In this document: in pieces, positions 45,701-53,609 of the stretch
How positions within the stretch are numbered: position 1 is the stretch's first letter
How the letters are laid out: every line of letters begins with the position of its first letter
Assembly (NCBI GenBank): GCA_963782055.1
Contig: CAWAIF010000003.1
Location: forward strand, 3,232,001 to 3,296,000
Length of the DNA stretch: 64,000 bases
From: an uncultured delta proteobacterium
Lineage (GTDB): Bacteria; Myxococcota_A; Polyangia; Polyangiales; Polyangiaceae
Direction of reading: 5' to 3'
The notes under the pieces: generated by a model
What the model was told of the DNA's origin: nothing
The model's input: the letters and a program-made list of their open reading frames with translations, nothing else
Databases searched by the model: none
Program-made: the position numbers and the translations under genes

Positions 45701-48014
45701 GCCCGACCACGCCGCCAGCCGCGAGGCGCTGGAGGCGCTGCTGGACGACGATGCCCTCTTCCAGGACGCCTTCGAGGCGCTGGAGTGGGTGTACCGCACC
45801 CTCGGCAAGGGCGAGGATCTCGCCAAGCTCTACGAGCGCCGGGTGGCCCGCGCCCGCGACTCCCGCGAGCGCATCCGCAGCCGCCTGGATCTCGCCCGCG
45901 TGCTGGACGAGCAGGTCCACGATTCGCCGCGCGCGCAGCGCGTCGTGGAGCAGGCCCTCGCCGAGGATCCCTCCGACCCCGACGCGCTGGACGAGCTGGA
46001 GCGCCTCGCGCCCATCACCAGCGGGTGGAAGGAGGCGGCGGACGCCCTGGCGGCCGCCCTCTCCGCCGAGAACGACGTCCCCACCGCCACGCGCACCGAG
46101 CTCTGGGTGAAGGTGGCGTCGTGGCGGCGCGACAAGCTGGAAGACGCGCGCGGGGCGGAGGACGCATTCGTCGCCGCTCGCAAGCTGGACCCCGACAGCG
46201 TCGAGGTCATCCGCGCGCTGGAGGACCTGCAGCGCGCGCCCGGCCGCGAGCGCGAGCTCATCGACACCCTGCGCGCTCGCGCCAAGGTGGAGACCGATCT
46301 GGACCAGAAACGCCAGATCCTGCGCGAGGCCAAGGCGCTCGCGGAGGGGACCGTGGGCGATCCCGCGCTCGCCGAGGCCGTCCTGCGCGATCTGCTCGTC
46401 GAGGACGAGGCGGATCTCTGGGCGCTGGAGGAGCTGGGGCGGCTGCGCGAGCAGGCCGGCGCCTGGGACGACGTGACGAAGCTGCTGCTGCGCCGCGCGG
46501 AGCTGGAGATGGACGGCCACACCGTCGCCGAGCTTCGCCACCGCGCCGCCGCCGTGCTGCGCGACGAGGTGAAGGACGCCGACCGCGCCATCGCCCTCTA
46601 CGAGGAGATCTTCGAGGCGAACCGCGACGACGACGATCGCGCGGCCAAGGCGCTGCGCGCGCTGTACGCCGAGCACGGCAAGAACAAGGAGCTGGCGCGC
46701 CTGCTCTCCACGCTGGTGGAGATGGCCGGCTCGGAGGAGCAGCGCTCCACCCTGCGCGTGGAGCTGGCGCGCCTGCAGGACACCATGGGGGACACGCAGC
46801 AGGCGATCGACACCCTGCGCGGCGTGCTGGAGGAGAAGAAGGGCCACGCCGAGGCGGTGGTCGCCCTCTCCGAGCTGCTGGAGAAGAGCGGCAAGGACGA
46901 CGAGCTGGCGGACCTGCTCCAGGGCCAGCTCAAGGATGCGCGCGAGCGCGGGGATCTGCCCGCCGAGCTGGCGCTGCAGGTGCGGCTGGGGGAGGTCTTC
47001 GAGAACCGCCTCAAGGACACCACCAAGGCGCTCGCCACCTTCGAGGCCGTCCTGGAGCGGGAGCCCACCCACCGCGCGGCGCTCGAGGCCGTGGCCAGGC
47101 TCTGCGAGGGCCGGGCGATGTGGGACCGCGCGGCCGAGGCCCTCTCCAAGCTGGTGGAGGCGACGACGGAGCCGGCGGACGGCGTCGCGCTCGCCCTGCG
47201 ACTGGCCAAGGCGCGCGAGGCGCTGGGGGACGACGCCGGCGCGCTGGCCGCCCTGCAGGCTGCGCTGCGCTTCGACTCCAAGAACGCGGAGGTGCGCGAC
47301 GGCCTGCGCGCGCGCTACGAGAAGGCGAAGAAGTGGACGGAGCTGGCCGAGCTCCTGACGGAGGACGCCAACTTCCTGGAGGACGAGTCCCCCGGGGAGG
47401 AGAAGCCGGCGGCTGCGGTCACGCAGATCGTCAAGCTCCTGCGGCGAGCCGCGGAGATCCACGTGGGCGAGCGCGGCGCGCCCGGGGAAGCGGTGCCGCT
47501 GCTCGAGCGCGCCTCCTCCTACGTGCCGCAGGACCGCGAGCTGCTCCTGCTCCTTTGCGACGCCTACACCGCCTCCGGGCGCGAGAAGGCGGCGGCGGAG
47601 GCGCTGGAGAAGGTGATCGCCTCCTTCGGCGGAAAGCGCTCCAAGGAGCTGTCCATCTACCACCACCGCCTGGGCCGTGCGCACGCCGCCATGGGCGACT
47701 CGGCGTCCGCGCTCACGCAGTACGATCTGGCCTTCCGCATCGACCCCGGGTCGGTCCCGGTGCTGCGCGATCTGGGCGTGCTCTCGATGGAGTCCGGCGA
47801 CCTGGATCGCGCGCAGAAGAGCTTCCGCGCGCTGCTGCTGCAGAAGCTCGACCCGACGTCGGGTCTGAGCAAGGCCGAGGTCTTCTATTACCTGGGCGAG
47901 GTGAGCTTCAAGCAGGGCGACCAGAAGAAGGCGGTGCAGATGCTGGAGCGCGCGCTGGAGAACGACTCCGGGCTGGAGAAGGCCAAGGCGCGCCTCGGCG
48001 AGATCAAGGGGTAG
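36714..48014 (+). CDS. Giant tetratricopeptide-repeat protein (3766 aa), AgmK/GltI-like
   Basis: Dozens of AIxxYxxxLxxDP...ALxxLxxLY...W..L repeats, GC3-rich codons, no signal peptide or TM. Size and repeat style resemble Myxococcus AgmK; orthology unverified. Confidence 0.88.
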   Translation: MSSASMIRTALGQLQDDPDNEQAYLDLKNALAEGPVEGMSADEVRSLLGSARRAHEMRREYDAVASLLELEVLLAQGADAEAPLLAELARVVDEELFDDARAADFYKRILTLTPSDQAAEEALERSDAKRSKWNNLVVRYVEEAGAAGEPTFKSSLLVSAAEVAYRYGRAAVAGEKGAKKKLAALNQEIVSRLKEALDIDPKSRRAGALLERIYREAERWDDLASLLERVATEASAKEEKTAGFVRLARVLTKKLGSPERAVAAYERVLDLSPGQSEAVSFLVDFFTAKEMWDHLVALYEEQLAASAKTGQQDVGAVLQVAMVHWKMRGKPEAAEPYFEKLRKAEPAHPGMLGFFRELLGQRGDHLRLVQILTDAQRALPDGFARSQIATELAKLAEEGANATKAIEQWRAILRQDPGHQEARDALKRLYRETGGWNHLVDLLRGELEKVGAEDTARLPVLREVAGIYREHVKNDSSLVSVLTQITTLDPTDAEAYRELVRVYDALGRVRDLLAAQSKLAEIEEEPSVRAELYRQVARRWLDQFSNVQNAIEGFEKLHETAPDDREAIDRLKELYAKRRAYKPLFDLLEHEAAAMGAGPERRELWQEMAKLAADRLDRGPDAVRLYKQVIDEDPGATAALDALEKQAERDKDYATVAEVLERRVEGAEDDLAKLAVLQKLGAIYSERLSDHAGAMRTWQRVLQLSPGHPKALRVLRDSYLATADYDGLTDLFAASSDWEGLAEVLSNAADRATDAAAKVELSYRAADVYEQRISAPERAFRAYERVLSVRPDDERAARALIPLYENDEKWARLPVLYEVLFGHAASEQDKLQILDKLVDITGENLQDRAAAFRYAQRAYELAPGREDALARFETAAVRSGEWPAFVAAVEARLGQKKLPKEEKRALKAKIAETYATQLGRVDEAVAAYKALVEEDEQDEEAMATLDRILRSADRREDLRWLYELRVTRANTSAKLELLSEWATIEEEALGAPDRAIALHRRVLEIVPQHGRSLRALSRLLQGSGDAEEAAAMLLRDRDQREGKERAQREIELARLYMGSLKQPNEALEAIKRALELVPGDAVAVGVLEELLSVAETRAKAAALLEKHYGESGEGEKRAQVIEVLIATAAAKGDRLDLYNRLIEVQEGLGNTEAAFDVGVRATDEFPGDLPTWDRLSVLANRTGRMQAFVDALTRAVPLDGSTNLSASVEVDLAERIATLHDDMGELDRARPYLERVLARDPANERAFGRLKQILTSLERWEDLEALYERAVNGAPDPVRQAELLAEVALVAEEITGDHPKAIQYYERILEIDPLHDQATRALETLYALQDRWDNLGALLTRRLEGAVGEEALGLRLRLGKLYSLQLNDPEAAHEHLDAVLQADPESRDARELVEKSLELPALRARAAVTLETVYVAQDAWRDLVRVLEVRTETAENDEDRAELLRRIAELQDDRLNEDVSALDTYAKLVPLAPDDERARTRLMEIARRVGAHEQAAEVLAKAAAVASSPQPKGEILMAVARIYEDLLDDSTKAEAVFRQVLEIDGGDATLQLPAARALERIYAAADRPKDVAQMIRTLVKLEDDADARRELWGRLGELCETSLDDAAGAIEAWRARLDDDPGDEQALAALDRLYERTGDHKALVEILRAREHVATDGDARKTFMTRLAVTLAEKLSDVNEAILAYRAVLDDFGAERAVLGPLAQLYEVSDRWDDLAETLEADLAMADAPADRLVLLARLGEVRAGKLSDLDGALEAYRQALTLEPSHAESRKALEALLDDENARRDAAQILRPLYEADGENGKLLRVLDIEAAHADSPIETLAILAQAVVVAEQSLSDVSKAFDYSARGLEEAVAEAELPQWLERTERLAEASGRHADFVGLLKKVAPEILDENVQLDVMLKVAELARTKVMSADDAREYYEKALAIRGDDRRALQALEELYAEKGDHPALLDILKRRAESAEEPEDRKTFLYKQAKLCDEALGDQAAAIDTYEQILDLGLEDEAISALEHLYAARGRWGDLVGLYERQIGQDPPDEKKANLHQSLGSVAREHMLDHERAFEEYEAALKLDAQHAATVTALEGLMKEPEYAARAAEMLEGVYLARLDWRNVMATIEARLTATQDIDERRQLLRRLAKLHEEQEENYLAALETTAKLLAEDVTDEGTWNELERLARVANATGRLAEVFAGELAKVTADEPATAQLARRTGELFETQKDTDRALEFYRRAYAFDPEESSGVFEAIDRLLREANRPKDRVALYREALEYRNDPADRLTTLHTIALLEESELSDDDAAIETYRAALDLDEADTHSLEALSRLYARRGRYKDLAELTRRRAEQAALPEDEARFRYELGQLLQNRLDDQTGAIDEYQTVVELLPPGSGSEASGSAVKAMEQLLEKEEHKARIIEILRPIYERADDWKHLVHVNEERLALADDDHEKVSILRETAKLWEDRGEDRERAFVAVRDAFVLDPDDGESREELDRLAEATGRWDELAEAYERGIERTEDFGKRDLLGALARLHDQKRDDPRRALEAYDRVFHLDESDIEPLEAMDDLATLLSDWSTLVRVLAKKAELENDDTERASTWRRIGEARRDMLEDAPGAIEAYERALELEPDSASTLDHLIGLYEQKNDAARLVDLYRRRIEIAGEEDQDLKYRLLVEAANRYEFGLNDRREAIALLGEALGVRPGDAEVMRRLEELYAAEKMWPELLDNLRLSAAQATDEDVRRTLKKRIGALLAGELEDPQQALEAYREVLERGFDDEAAKAVRDLGESREELRADAADALEPVMRSAERHQELADVLEMRLRAQTDPQDRARTLRAIAEVAEGPLSDAQRAQDALLRALVEEPGDAQLHADIERLSEKLGKDGWSRYADSLADRAGAIFDAEVTTDLFNRLGRIAETQLADDARAAKAFVQAAEQSGDNPEVLASLDRLFSRLGDAKSLADVLERRVGVEADAAAQAELTFRLASLQIKEFGEKQRGLSTLRSALERVPDHAASREALEALLDDDALFQDAFEALEWVYRTLGKGEDLAKLYERRVARARDSRERIRSRLDLARVLDEQVHDSPRAQRVVEQALAEDPSDPDALDELERLAPITSGWKEAADALAAALSAENDVPTATRTELWVKVASWRRDKLEDARGAEDAFVAARKLDPDSVEVIRALEDLQRAPGRERELIDTLRARAKVETDLDQKRQILREAKALAEGTVGDPALAEAVLRDLLVEDEADLWALEELGRLREQAGAWDDVTKLLLRRAELEMDGHTVAELRHRAAAVLRDEVKDADRAIALYEEIFEANRDDDDRAAKALRALYAEHGKNKELARLLSTLVEMAGSEEQRSTLRVELARLQDTMGDTQQAIDTLRGVLEEKKGHAEAVVALSELLEKSGKDDELADLLQGQLKDARERGDLPAELALQVRLGEVFENRLKDTTKALATFEAVLEREPTHRAALEAVARLCEGRAMWDRAAEALSKLVEATTEPADGVALALRLAKAREALGDDAGALAALQAALRFDSKNAEVRDGLRARYEKAKKWTELAELLTEDANFLEDESPGEEKPAAAVTQIVKLLRRAAEIHVGERGAPGEAVPLLERASSYVPQDRELLLLLCDAYTASGREKAAAEALEKVIASFGGKRSKELSIYHHRLGRAHAAMGDSASALTQYDLAFRIDPGSVPVLRDLGVLSMESGDLDRAQKSFRALLLQKLDPTSGLSKAEVFYYLGEVSFKQGDQKKAVQMLERALENDSGLEKAKARLGEIKG

Positions 48015-48020
48015 CGGGCC

Positions 48021-48662
48021 GTGCGGCGGGCGCTCGGCGCGCTGCTGGCGCTCGTCGCGCGGGTGTGGGTGGCCACCCTGCGGGTGCGCGTCGAGGCGCA
48101 CCCGGCGCTCGTTCGCGTCCGTGACCGGCGCTGGGTGCTCGCCTTCTGGCACGGCACGCAGCTCGCGCTGCAGGCGCTGCCGCGGCGCGGGCGGACGGCG
48201 GTGATGGTGAGCCTCTCCCGCGACGGCGACATGCAGGCGGTGGCGCTCCGCCTGCTCGGCTTCCAGGTGGTGCGCGGCTCGACCTCGCGCGGGGGCGTGC
48301 GGGCGCTCGCGGCGCTCGTCCGCGCGATGCGCGGCGGCGCCGACGCCGTGTTCGCCGTGGACGGCCCGCGCGGTCCGTACGGCGTCCCCAAGCCGGGTGC
48401 GGTGTCCGCCGCGCGGCTGGCCGGAGGCGTGGTGGTGCCGGCGGGGTGCGCGGCGGCGCGCGCCAGGGTGCTCTCGAAGACGTGGGACCGCTTCGTGCTC
48501 CCGCTGCCCTTCACGCGGGTGCGCATCGTGCTCGGGGCGCCCATCGAGCCGGAGGAGGGCGCGCTCGGGCGGGTGGGGGAGGCGATCGCCGAGTGCAACG
48601 CGCGGGCGGCGTCGACGGCGGGCGAGGCGCCTGGCGCGGCGAGCTCGGTGCCGCTCGCATGA
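48021..48662 (+). CDS. DUF374 / lysophospholipid acyltransferase family protein
   Basis: AFWHG, VSLSRDGD, VRGSTSRGG, VDGPRGP, WDRFVLPLPF. Confidence 0.9.
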   Translation: MRRALGALLALVARVWVATLRVRVEAHPALVRVRDRRWVLAFWHGTQLALQALPRRGRTAVMVSLSRDGDMQAVALRLLGFQVVRGSTSRGGVRALAALVRAMRGGADAVFAVDGPRGPYGVPKPGAVSAARLAGGVVVPAGCAAARARVLSKTWDRFVLPLPFTRVRIVLGAPIEPEEGALGRVGEAIAECNARAASTAGEAPGAASSVPLA

Positions 48663-49522
48663 GCGTCACCTGGGTCGACGGCGCCCGGGCCGAGCGCGCC
48701 GTGCTCCCGGTGCGCGATCGCGCCGTGCTGCTCGGCGATTCGGTGTTCGAGGTGCTGCGGGCGTACCGCGGAGCGCCCTTCGCCCTGCGCGAGCACCTGG
48801 ACCGCCTGGCGCGATCGGCGGGGGCGGTGCGCATCGGCCTGCCCGCCGGTGTGGAGGCTCTGGAGCAGGAGGTGCGGGCGGCGGTGGCGGCCTTCGGCGC
48901 GGCGCAGGACGCCATGGTGCGCGTGGTGCTCACGCGCGGCGAGCTGGCGCTCGGGGCGCGACTGGGCGGCCCAGCAGGCGCCAGGGTGGTGCTGGTCGAT
49001 CCGGTGCGCGCCCCGCCCGCGGAGCTCTACGCCCGCGGCGCCGCGGCGTCGGTGATCGCCTGGCCGGTGGTGGACCCGCGCGAGCCCGCGGCGGGCGCCA
49101 AGTACGCGCGCTACCTGCCCCGGCTGCTGGCGCTGGACGACGCGCGGGCGCGCGGCGCGGACGAGGCGCTGCTCTGCGACGGCGAGGGGCGCGTCGTGGA
49201 GGGCGCCACGTCCAACGTGATGGCCGTGGTGGGGGGCGCGCTCGTCACCCCGCCCGCAAGCGCGGGGATCCTCGCGGGGATCACGCGCGCGCACGTGCTG
49301 GACCTCGCGCGCGCGGGCGGGATGGATGTGCGCGAGGAGCCGCTCCACGCCGACCTGCTGGCGGCCGCGAGCGAGCTGATGATCACCTCCAGCCTGCGCG
49401 AGGTGCTCCCTGTGGCGCGAGTGGACGGGCGGCCGGTGGGCGGCGGGCAGGTGGGGCCGGTGGCGCCGCGGCTGCGCGCGGCGCTCCGCGCGAGGGCGGG
49501 CGCCTCGGATCAGACGGCGTGA
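48659..49522 (+). CDS. Class IV aminotransferase (IlvE/PabC/D-amino acid aminotransferase family)
   Basis: DRAVLLGDSVFE, HLDRL, EGATSNV, LAGITR, ITSSLRE. ATGA overlap with the previous gene. Confidence 0.9.
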   Translation: MSVTWVDGARAERAVLPVRDRAVLLGDSVFEVLRAYRGAPFALREHLDRLARSAGAVRIGLPAGVEALEQEVRAAVAAFGAAQDAMVRVVLTRGELALGARLGGPAGARVVLVDPVRAPPAELYARGAAASVIAWPVVDPREPAAGAKYARYLPRLLALDDARARGADEALLCDGEGRVVEGATSNVMAVVGGALVTPPASAGILAGITRAHVLDLARAGGMDVREEPLHADLLAAASELMITSSLREVLPVARVDGRPVGGGQVGPVAPRLRAALRARAGASDQTA

Positions 49523-49926
49523 CGCTCCAGGCCGGACGCCTGCGCGACGCGCACCTGGACGTCCGGCGGGTCGGCGAGCACCTTCTTCACCTTGCAGAGC
49601 GCGGCCACGCGCTGCACGGCGTCGCGGTACTTCTCCGGGAAGCCGGCGGGCAGGGCGATCTCCAGCTCCACGCCCGCCAGTCGCCCGGAGGCGTCGACGC
49701 GGTGGTGCTGCACGATCTCGATGCCCTCGGTGGAGATGCCGCGCGCCTGGCAGAAGCCGAGGACGTAGATCCCCGCGCAGGTGGCGAGCGAGGCGAGGAA
49801 CAGCTCGAAGGGGGCAGCCGCAGAGTCGTCGCCGCCTATGGCCGCGGGCTGGTCGGTGTGGACGACGTGGCCGCGGACCAGCGCGTCGACGCGCTTGCCT
49901 CCGGGAAAACGAACGTGAATGTCCAT
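49510..49926 (-). CDS. OsmC family protein
   Basis: TDQP..GG..AAPFELFLASLATCAG and second Cys in LCKVKK. Confidence 0.9.
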   Translation of the reverse strand: MDIHVRFPGGKRVDALVRGHVVHTDQPAAIGGDDSAAAPFELFLASLATCAGIYVLGFCQARGISTEGIEIVQHHRVDASGRLAGVELEIALPAGFPEKYRDAVQRVAALCKVKKVLADPPDVQVRVAQASGLERHAV

Positions 49927-50014
49927 GCTCGGAAGAGCCAGCGGCGAGACGCGAGGGTTCGGCGGGGCCTGACCATCGACGGCGCCTCACGCGTTTGGTA
50001 AGCCCTCACCTCCC

Positions 50015-51913
50015 GTGAGCTACCTCGTCCTGGCCCGCAAGTATCGCCCGCAGACGTTCGACGACCTGGTGGGGCAGGAGCACGTCGCCCGCACGCTGGG
50101 CAACGCCATCGAGGGCGGTCGCGTGGCGCACGCCTTCCTCTTCACGGGCGTGCGCGGCGTGGGCAAGACCACCAGCGCGCGCCTGCTGGCCAAGTGCCTC
50201 AACTGCCTGGGCGAGGACGGCAAGGCCACCGGGCCGCGCGTGGTGCCCTGCAACGTCTGCGCGGCGTGCAAGGAGATCGCGGCGGGCAACGACATCGACG
50301 TGCAGGAGATCGACGGCGCCAGCTACAACGGCGTCGACGAGGTGCGCCGCCTGCAGGAGGGCCTCGCCTTCCGCCCCGCGCGCGATCGCTTCAAGATCTT
50401 CATCGTGGACGAGGTCCACATGCTCTCCAACGCGGCGTGGAACGCCTTCCTCAAGACGCTGGAGGAGCCGCCGCCGCACGTGAAGTTCATCTTCGCGACG
50501 ACGGAGGTGCACAAGGTCCCGGTCACCATCCTGAGCCGTTGCCAGCGCTACGACTTCAAGCTCATCGGCACGCAGGTCATCGCCAAGCGCCTGGAGGAGG
50601 TCCTCGGAAACGAGAAGATCACCGCCGAGCCGGCGGCGGTGGCGGTGCTGGCGCGGGAGGCGGCGGGTTCGATGCGCGATGCGATGAGCCTGCTCGATCA
50701 GGTCATCGCCTTCAGCGGAGCCGAGCTCACGGCGGCGGACGTCACGCGCGTGCTGGGCGTGGCGGATCGCAAGGTGCTGCACGACCTCTGCCGCTCCCTG
50801 CTGGAGGGGGACGCGGCCGCCGCCCTGCGCACGGTGGACGGGCTGGCGACGCAGGGCTTCGATCTGGTGCACGTGGCCAAGGACCTGCTCGCCAGCTTCC
50901 GTAACCTGGTGGTGGCGAAGGTGTCGGGGGAGGCGGGGCGCGAGCTGCTGGACCTGGCGGACGAGGAGGTGGCGGACGTGCTCGCCCTCGCCCAGGGGAG
51001 CGAGGTGGACGACCTGCTTCGCCTCTTCAACGGCTTCTCCCGCGCCTACGACGACGTGGCGCGGAGCGGTCAGGCGCGGGCGGCGCTGGAGATGACCCTC
51101 GTGCGCCTGGCGCGCAGGCCGGCGCTGCTACCACTCGACGAGCTCCTCTCCCGGCTGGGGGATCTGGAGCGGCGCCTGGGGGGCGCGGCTCCGCCTCCGC
51201 GCGGGGGTGGGGGCGGATCGCGGGCGAGCGCCACGACGCACGTCACGGGCGGCTTCAGCACGCACGCGCCGGGGGTGGTGGAGCGCACGCGGGGCGCGCT
51301 CGCGCTGGCTCCCGCGCCGGTGCCCGTCGAGCCGTCGTCGCAGACGGCGCTGAAGGTGGACGAGGCGACGCCGGTCCCGCCGTCGGCGGAGCGCGACGCG
51401 CCGACGCCGCCGGTGGTACGTGCGGGGGGCGGCGCTTCGCCGGTGGAGGTGGGGGCAGGCGGGGCGGCGCGGGTCGATGTGGGCGCCGGCGTCGCCGCGC
51501 CAGCGGTCGCGGACCTCGGGGTGTGGCGCGCGGTGCTCGCGCACGTCCGGGAGGAGCGCCCTCCGATGGCGAGCGTGTTCGAGCACGCGGTCGTGCTCGA
51601 GCTGGGGCCGGAGCGGGTGCGCGTCGGCTACACGCAGGACGACTTTCTGGGCAGCCAGGCGGCGGAGCCGGAGGCGGTGGCGCTGCTCGCGCGGGCGGCG
51701 CGCGCGCACTTCGGGGCCGCGGTGGAGGTGCGCGTCGAGCAGAACGTGAAGGCGTCCAAGAGCGCGACCGTCTTCGCCATCGACTCGGCGCAGCGGCAAG
51801 CCGACCTCAAGAAGGCCCGGGCCGCGGTGGAAGGCCACCCGATGGTCAAGGCCGTGGTCGAGCTCTTCGGCGCCGAGATCCGCGAGGTCAAGCTCCCGAA
51901 GAGCGAGGAGTGA
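50015..51913 (+). CDS. dnaX: DNA polymerase III subunit gamma/tau
   Basis: SYLVLARKYRPQTF, GVRGVGKTT, DEVHML, LKTLEEPP, SRCQ, GSMRDA. Confidence 0.98.
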   Translation: MSYLVLARKYRPQTFDDLVGQEHVARTLGNAIEGGRVAHAFLFTGVRGVGKTTSARLLAKCLNCLGEDGKATGPRVVPCNVCAACKEIAAGNDIDVQEIDGASYNGVDEVRRLQEGLAFRPARDRFKIFIVDEVHMLSNAAWNAFLKTLEEPPPHVKFIFATTEVHKVPVTILSRCQRYDFKLIGTQVIAKRLEEVLGNEKITAEPAAVAVLAREAAGSMRDAMSLLDQVIAFSGAELTAADVTRVLGVADRKVLHDLCRSLLEGDAAAALRTVDGLATQGFDLVHVAKDLLASFRNLVVAKVSGEAGRELLDLADEEVADVLALAQGSEVDDLLRLFNGFSRAYDDVARSGQARAALEMTLVRLARRPALLPLDELLSRLGDLERRLGGAAPPPRGGGGGSRASATTHVTGGFSTHAPGVVERTRGALALAPAPVPVEPSSQTALKVDEATPVPPSAERDAPTPPVVRAGGGASPVEVGAGGAARVDVGAGVAAPAVADLGVWRAVLAHVREERPPMASVFEHAVVLELGPERVRVGYTQDDFLGSQAAEPEAVALLARAARAHFGAAVEVRVEQNVKASKSATVFAIDSAQRQADLKKARAAVEGHPMVKAVVELFGAEIREVKLPKSEE

Positions 51914-51946
51914 GGTATCGTTACGCGTGCGGTCCGGAGGCTCGGC

Positions 51947-52267
51947 ATGAATTTTCGTGGCGGAATGAACGAGATGATGCGGCAGGCGGCTCGTCTGCAG
52001 CGCAAGGTCGAGCAGGCCAAGAAGGACTGCGAGGACACCGAGATCGTCGCGACGGCGGTGGGTGACAAGGTGAAGGCCACGGTGACCTACGGTCGCAAGC
52101 TCGTGCGCGTGGAGATCGACCCCGAGTTCCTGAAGGCGGAGGGCGTCGAGATGGCGCTCGACGGCGTCTGCGCCGCGGTCAACGCGGGCATGGAGCAGGC
52201 CGAGAAGTTGATGGAGGCCGAGGTGGAGAAGGCCACCGGCGGCCTGAAGATCCCCGGCCTGACCTGA
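51947..52267 (+). CDS. ybaB: YbaB/EbfC nucleoid-associated protein
   Basis: MMRQA..LQ, IDPE, TGGLKIPG; canonical dnaX-ybaB-recR order. Confidence 0.93.
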   Translation: MNFRGGMNEMMRQAARLQRKVEQAKKDCEDTEIVATAVGDKVKATVTYGRKLVRVEIDPEFLKAEGVEMALDGVCAAVNAGMEQAEKLMEAEVEKATGGLKIPGLT

Positions 52268-52269
52268 GC

Positions 52270-52875
52270 TTGGAACGCCTCGAGCGCACACTGAAGCTCC
52301 TCTCGCGCCTGCCCGGCGTGGGTGAGAAGACGGCGCAGCGCTACGTGCTGTACCTGCTCACCACCGACCCGGAGGTGTGCCGTGACCTGGGCGAGGCGCT
52401 CGCCACGCTGCACGACTTCGTCCGGCCGTGCGAGCGGTGCGGCAACCTGGCCGAGGTGGAAGGCCCGGACGCGGCGGCGATCTGCGCCGTCTGCGCCGAC
52501 GGCAAGCGCGACGCCTCCGTGCTCTGCGTGGTCGGCCGCGTGGCCGACCTGCTCGCCATCGAGCGCGCAGGCGCGATGCGCGGACGCTACTTCGTCCTGG
52601 GCAAGCTGCTCTCCCCGCTGGAGGGCGTCGGCCCGGAGCAGCTGCCCGTTCCCAAGCTCGCACGCCGCATTCGCGACGATGGCGTGCGCGAGGTCATCGT
52701 GGCCACGCCGCCGAGCGTCGACGGCGAGGCCACGGCGCTCCTGCTCAAGCGCGAGCTGACGCCGCTGGGCGTGACCCTCTCGCGCATCGCCAGCGGCGTC
52801 CCGCACGGCGGGGACCTGGAGTTCGCCGACCCCATCACGATGGGGCGGGCGCTCGCCGGGCGGCAGAAGATCTAG
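52270..52875 (+). CDS. recR: Recombination protein RecR
   Basis: LPGVGEKTAQR, C4 zinc finger, LSPLEG.GP, DGEATA, RIASGVP.GG.LEFAD. TTG start. Confidence 0.97.
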   Translation: MERLERTLKLLSRLPGVGEKTAQRYVLYLLTTDPEVCRDLGEALATLHDFVRPCERCGNLAEVEGPDAAAICAVCADGKRDASVLCVVGRVADLLAIERAGAMRGRYFVLGKLLSPLEGVGPEQLPVPKLARRIRDDGVREVIVATPPSVDGEATALLLKRELTPLGVTLSRIASGVPHGGDLEFADPITMGRALAGRQKI

Positions 52876-52881
52876 CGCCGG

Positions 52882-53256
52882 CTACTTCACGGCGATGGCG
52901 TCGATCTCCACGCGCGCGCCCTTCGGGAGAGCGGCGACCTGCACGGTGGCGCGCGCCGGGAACGTGCCGGAAAACCGCTTGCCGTACGTCTCGTTGACCC
53001 TCGCGAAGTCGTTCAGGTCGACGAGGTAGATGGTCGTGCGTGCCACGTCGGCGAAGGTGCAGCCTGCGGCGGCGAGGACGGCCGCCAGGTTGTCCAGTAC
53101 GCGCTCCGTCTGCTTGGCGATGTCGCCCTCGACCAGCGCGCCGGTGGCTGGGTCGAGCGGGATCTGCCCGCTCAAGAAGACGAGGTTGCCGGCGCGCACC
53201 GCCTGCGAGTACGGCCCGATCGCGCCCGGGGCCTGTTTCGAGCTCACCGCTTCCAT
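52882..53256 (-). CDS. ridA: RidA family enamine/imine deaminase
   Basis: APGAIGPYSQA, SGQIPLDP, PARATVQVAALP..ARVEI. Confidence 0.93.
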   Translation of the reverse strand: MEAVSSKQAPGAIGPYSQAVRAGNLVFLSGQIPLDPATGALVEGDIAKQTERVLDNLAAVLAAAGCTFADVARTTIYLVDLNDFARVNETYGKRFSGTFPARATVQVAALPKGARVEIDAIAVK

Positions 53257-53609
53257 GGATCTCTCCTTTCGCCCACGTTGTACGCGCGCTCGGCCCCCAC
53301 GTCTCGTGGAACCGCGGGAGCGCCCCGGCAGGGGCGGCGCCGCCTGCCGTCCCGCGTCCGGCGCCCCCGACCGAAGCGCCGCAGGTGCGCCCTCCCCTCA
53401 GTCCATCCCGTCGACGTTTCGAGCCCAGATCGTTAGCGCGCTCATCGCCGCGCCGCCGCCACCCTTGGGGTGTCCCGGGCCACCCTCCGAGGACACCCGG
53501 ACACTCGACGCTGAGACGCCAAATCATTAGCAAGCACCCGAAAGGGCCTCGAAACGTATCGCGGGGGGGGGGTGGGGGAGGGGGCACGGGGCGTGCAGTG
53601 GGGCTGGGT

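Noticed and set aside
36600..48152. 3850-aa antisense ORF, and similar long ORFs at 9659..15469, 18005..21598, 29977..33150 and 58578..62417
   Set aside because: Shadow frames of GC3-rich real genes; no motifs, and stop codons are scarce on the antisense strand at this GC content.
49510..49522. Overlap of the convergent aminotransferase and OsmC 3' ends
   Set aside because: Short convergent overlaps are routine in compact GC-rich genomes.
49927..50014. SRP RNA (ffs) or tRNA upstream of dnaX
   Set aside because: Spacer is only 88 bp, with no SRP domain IV motif or cloverleaf.
50015..51913. Programmed dnaX gamma/tau frameshift
   Set aside because: No A AAA AAG or long poly-A/T slippery site seen.
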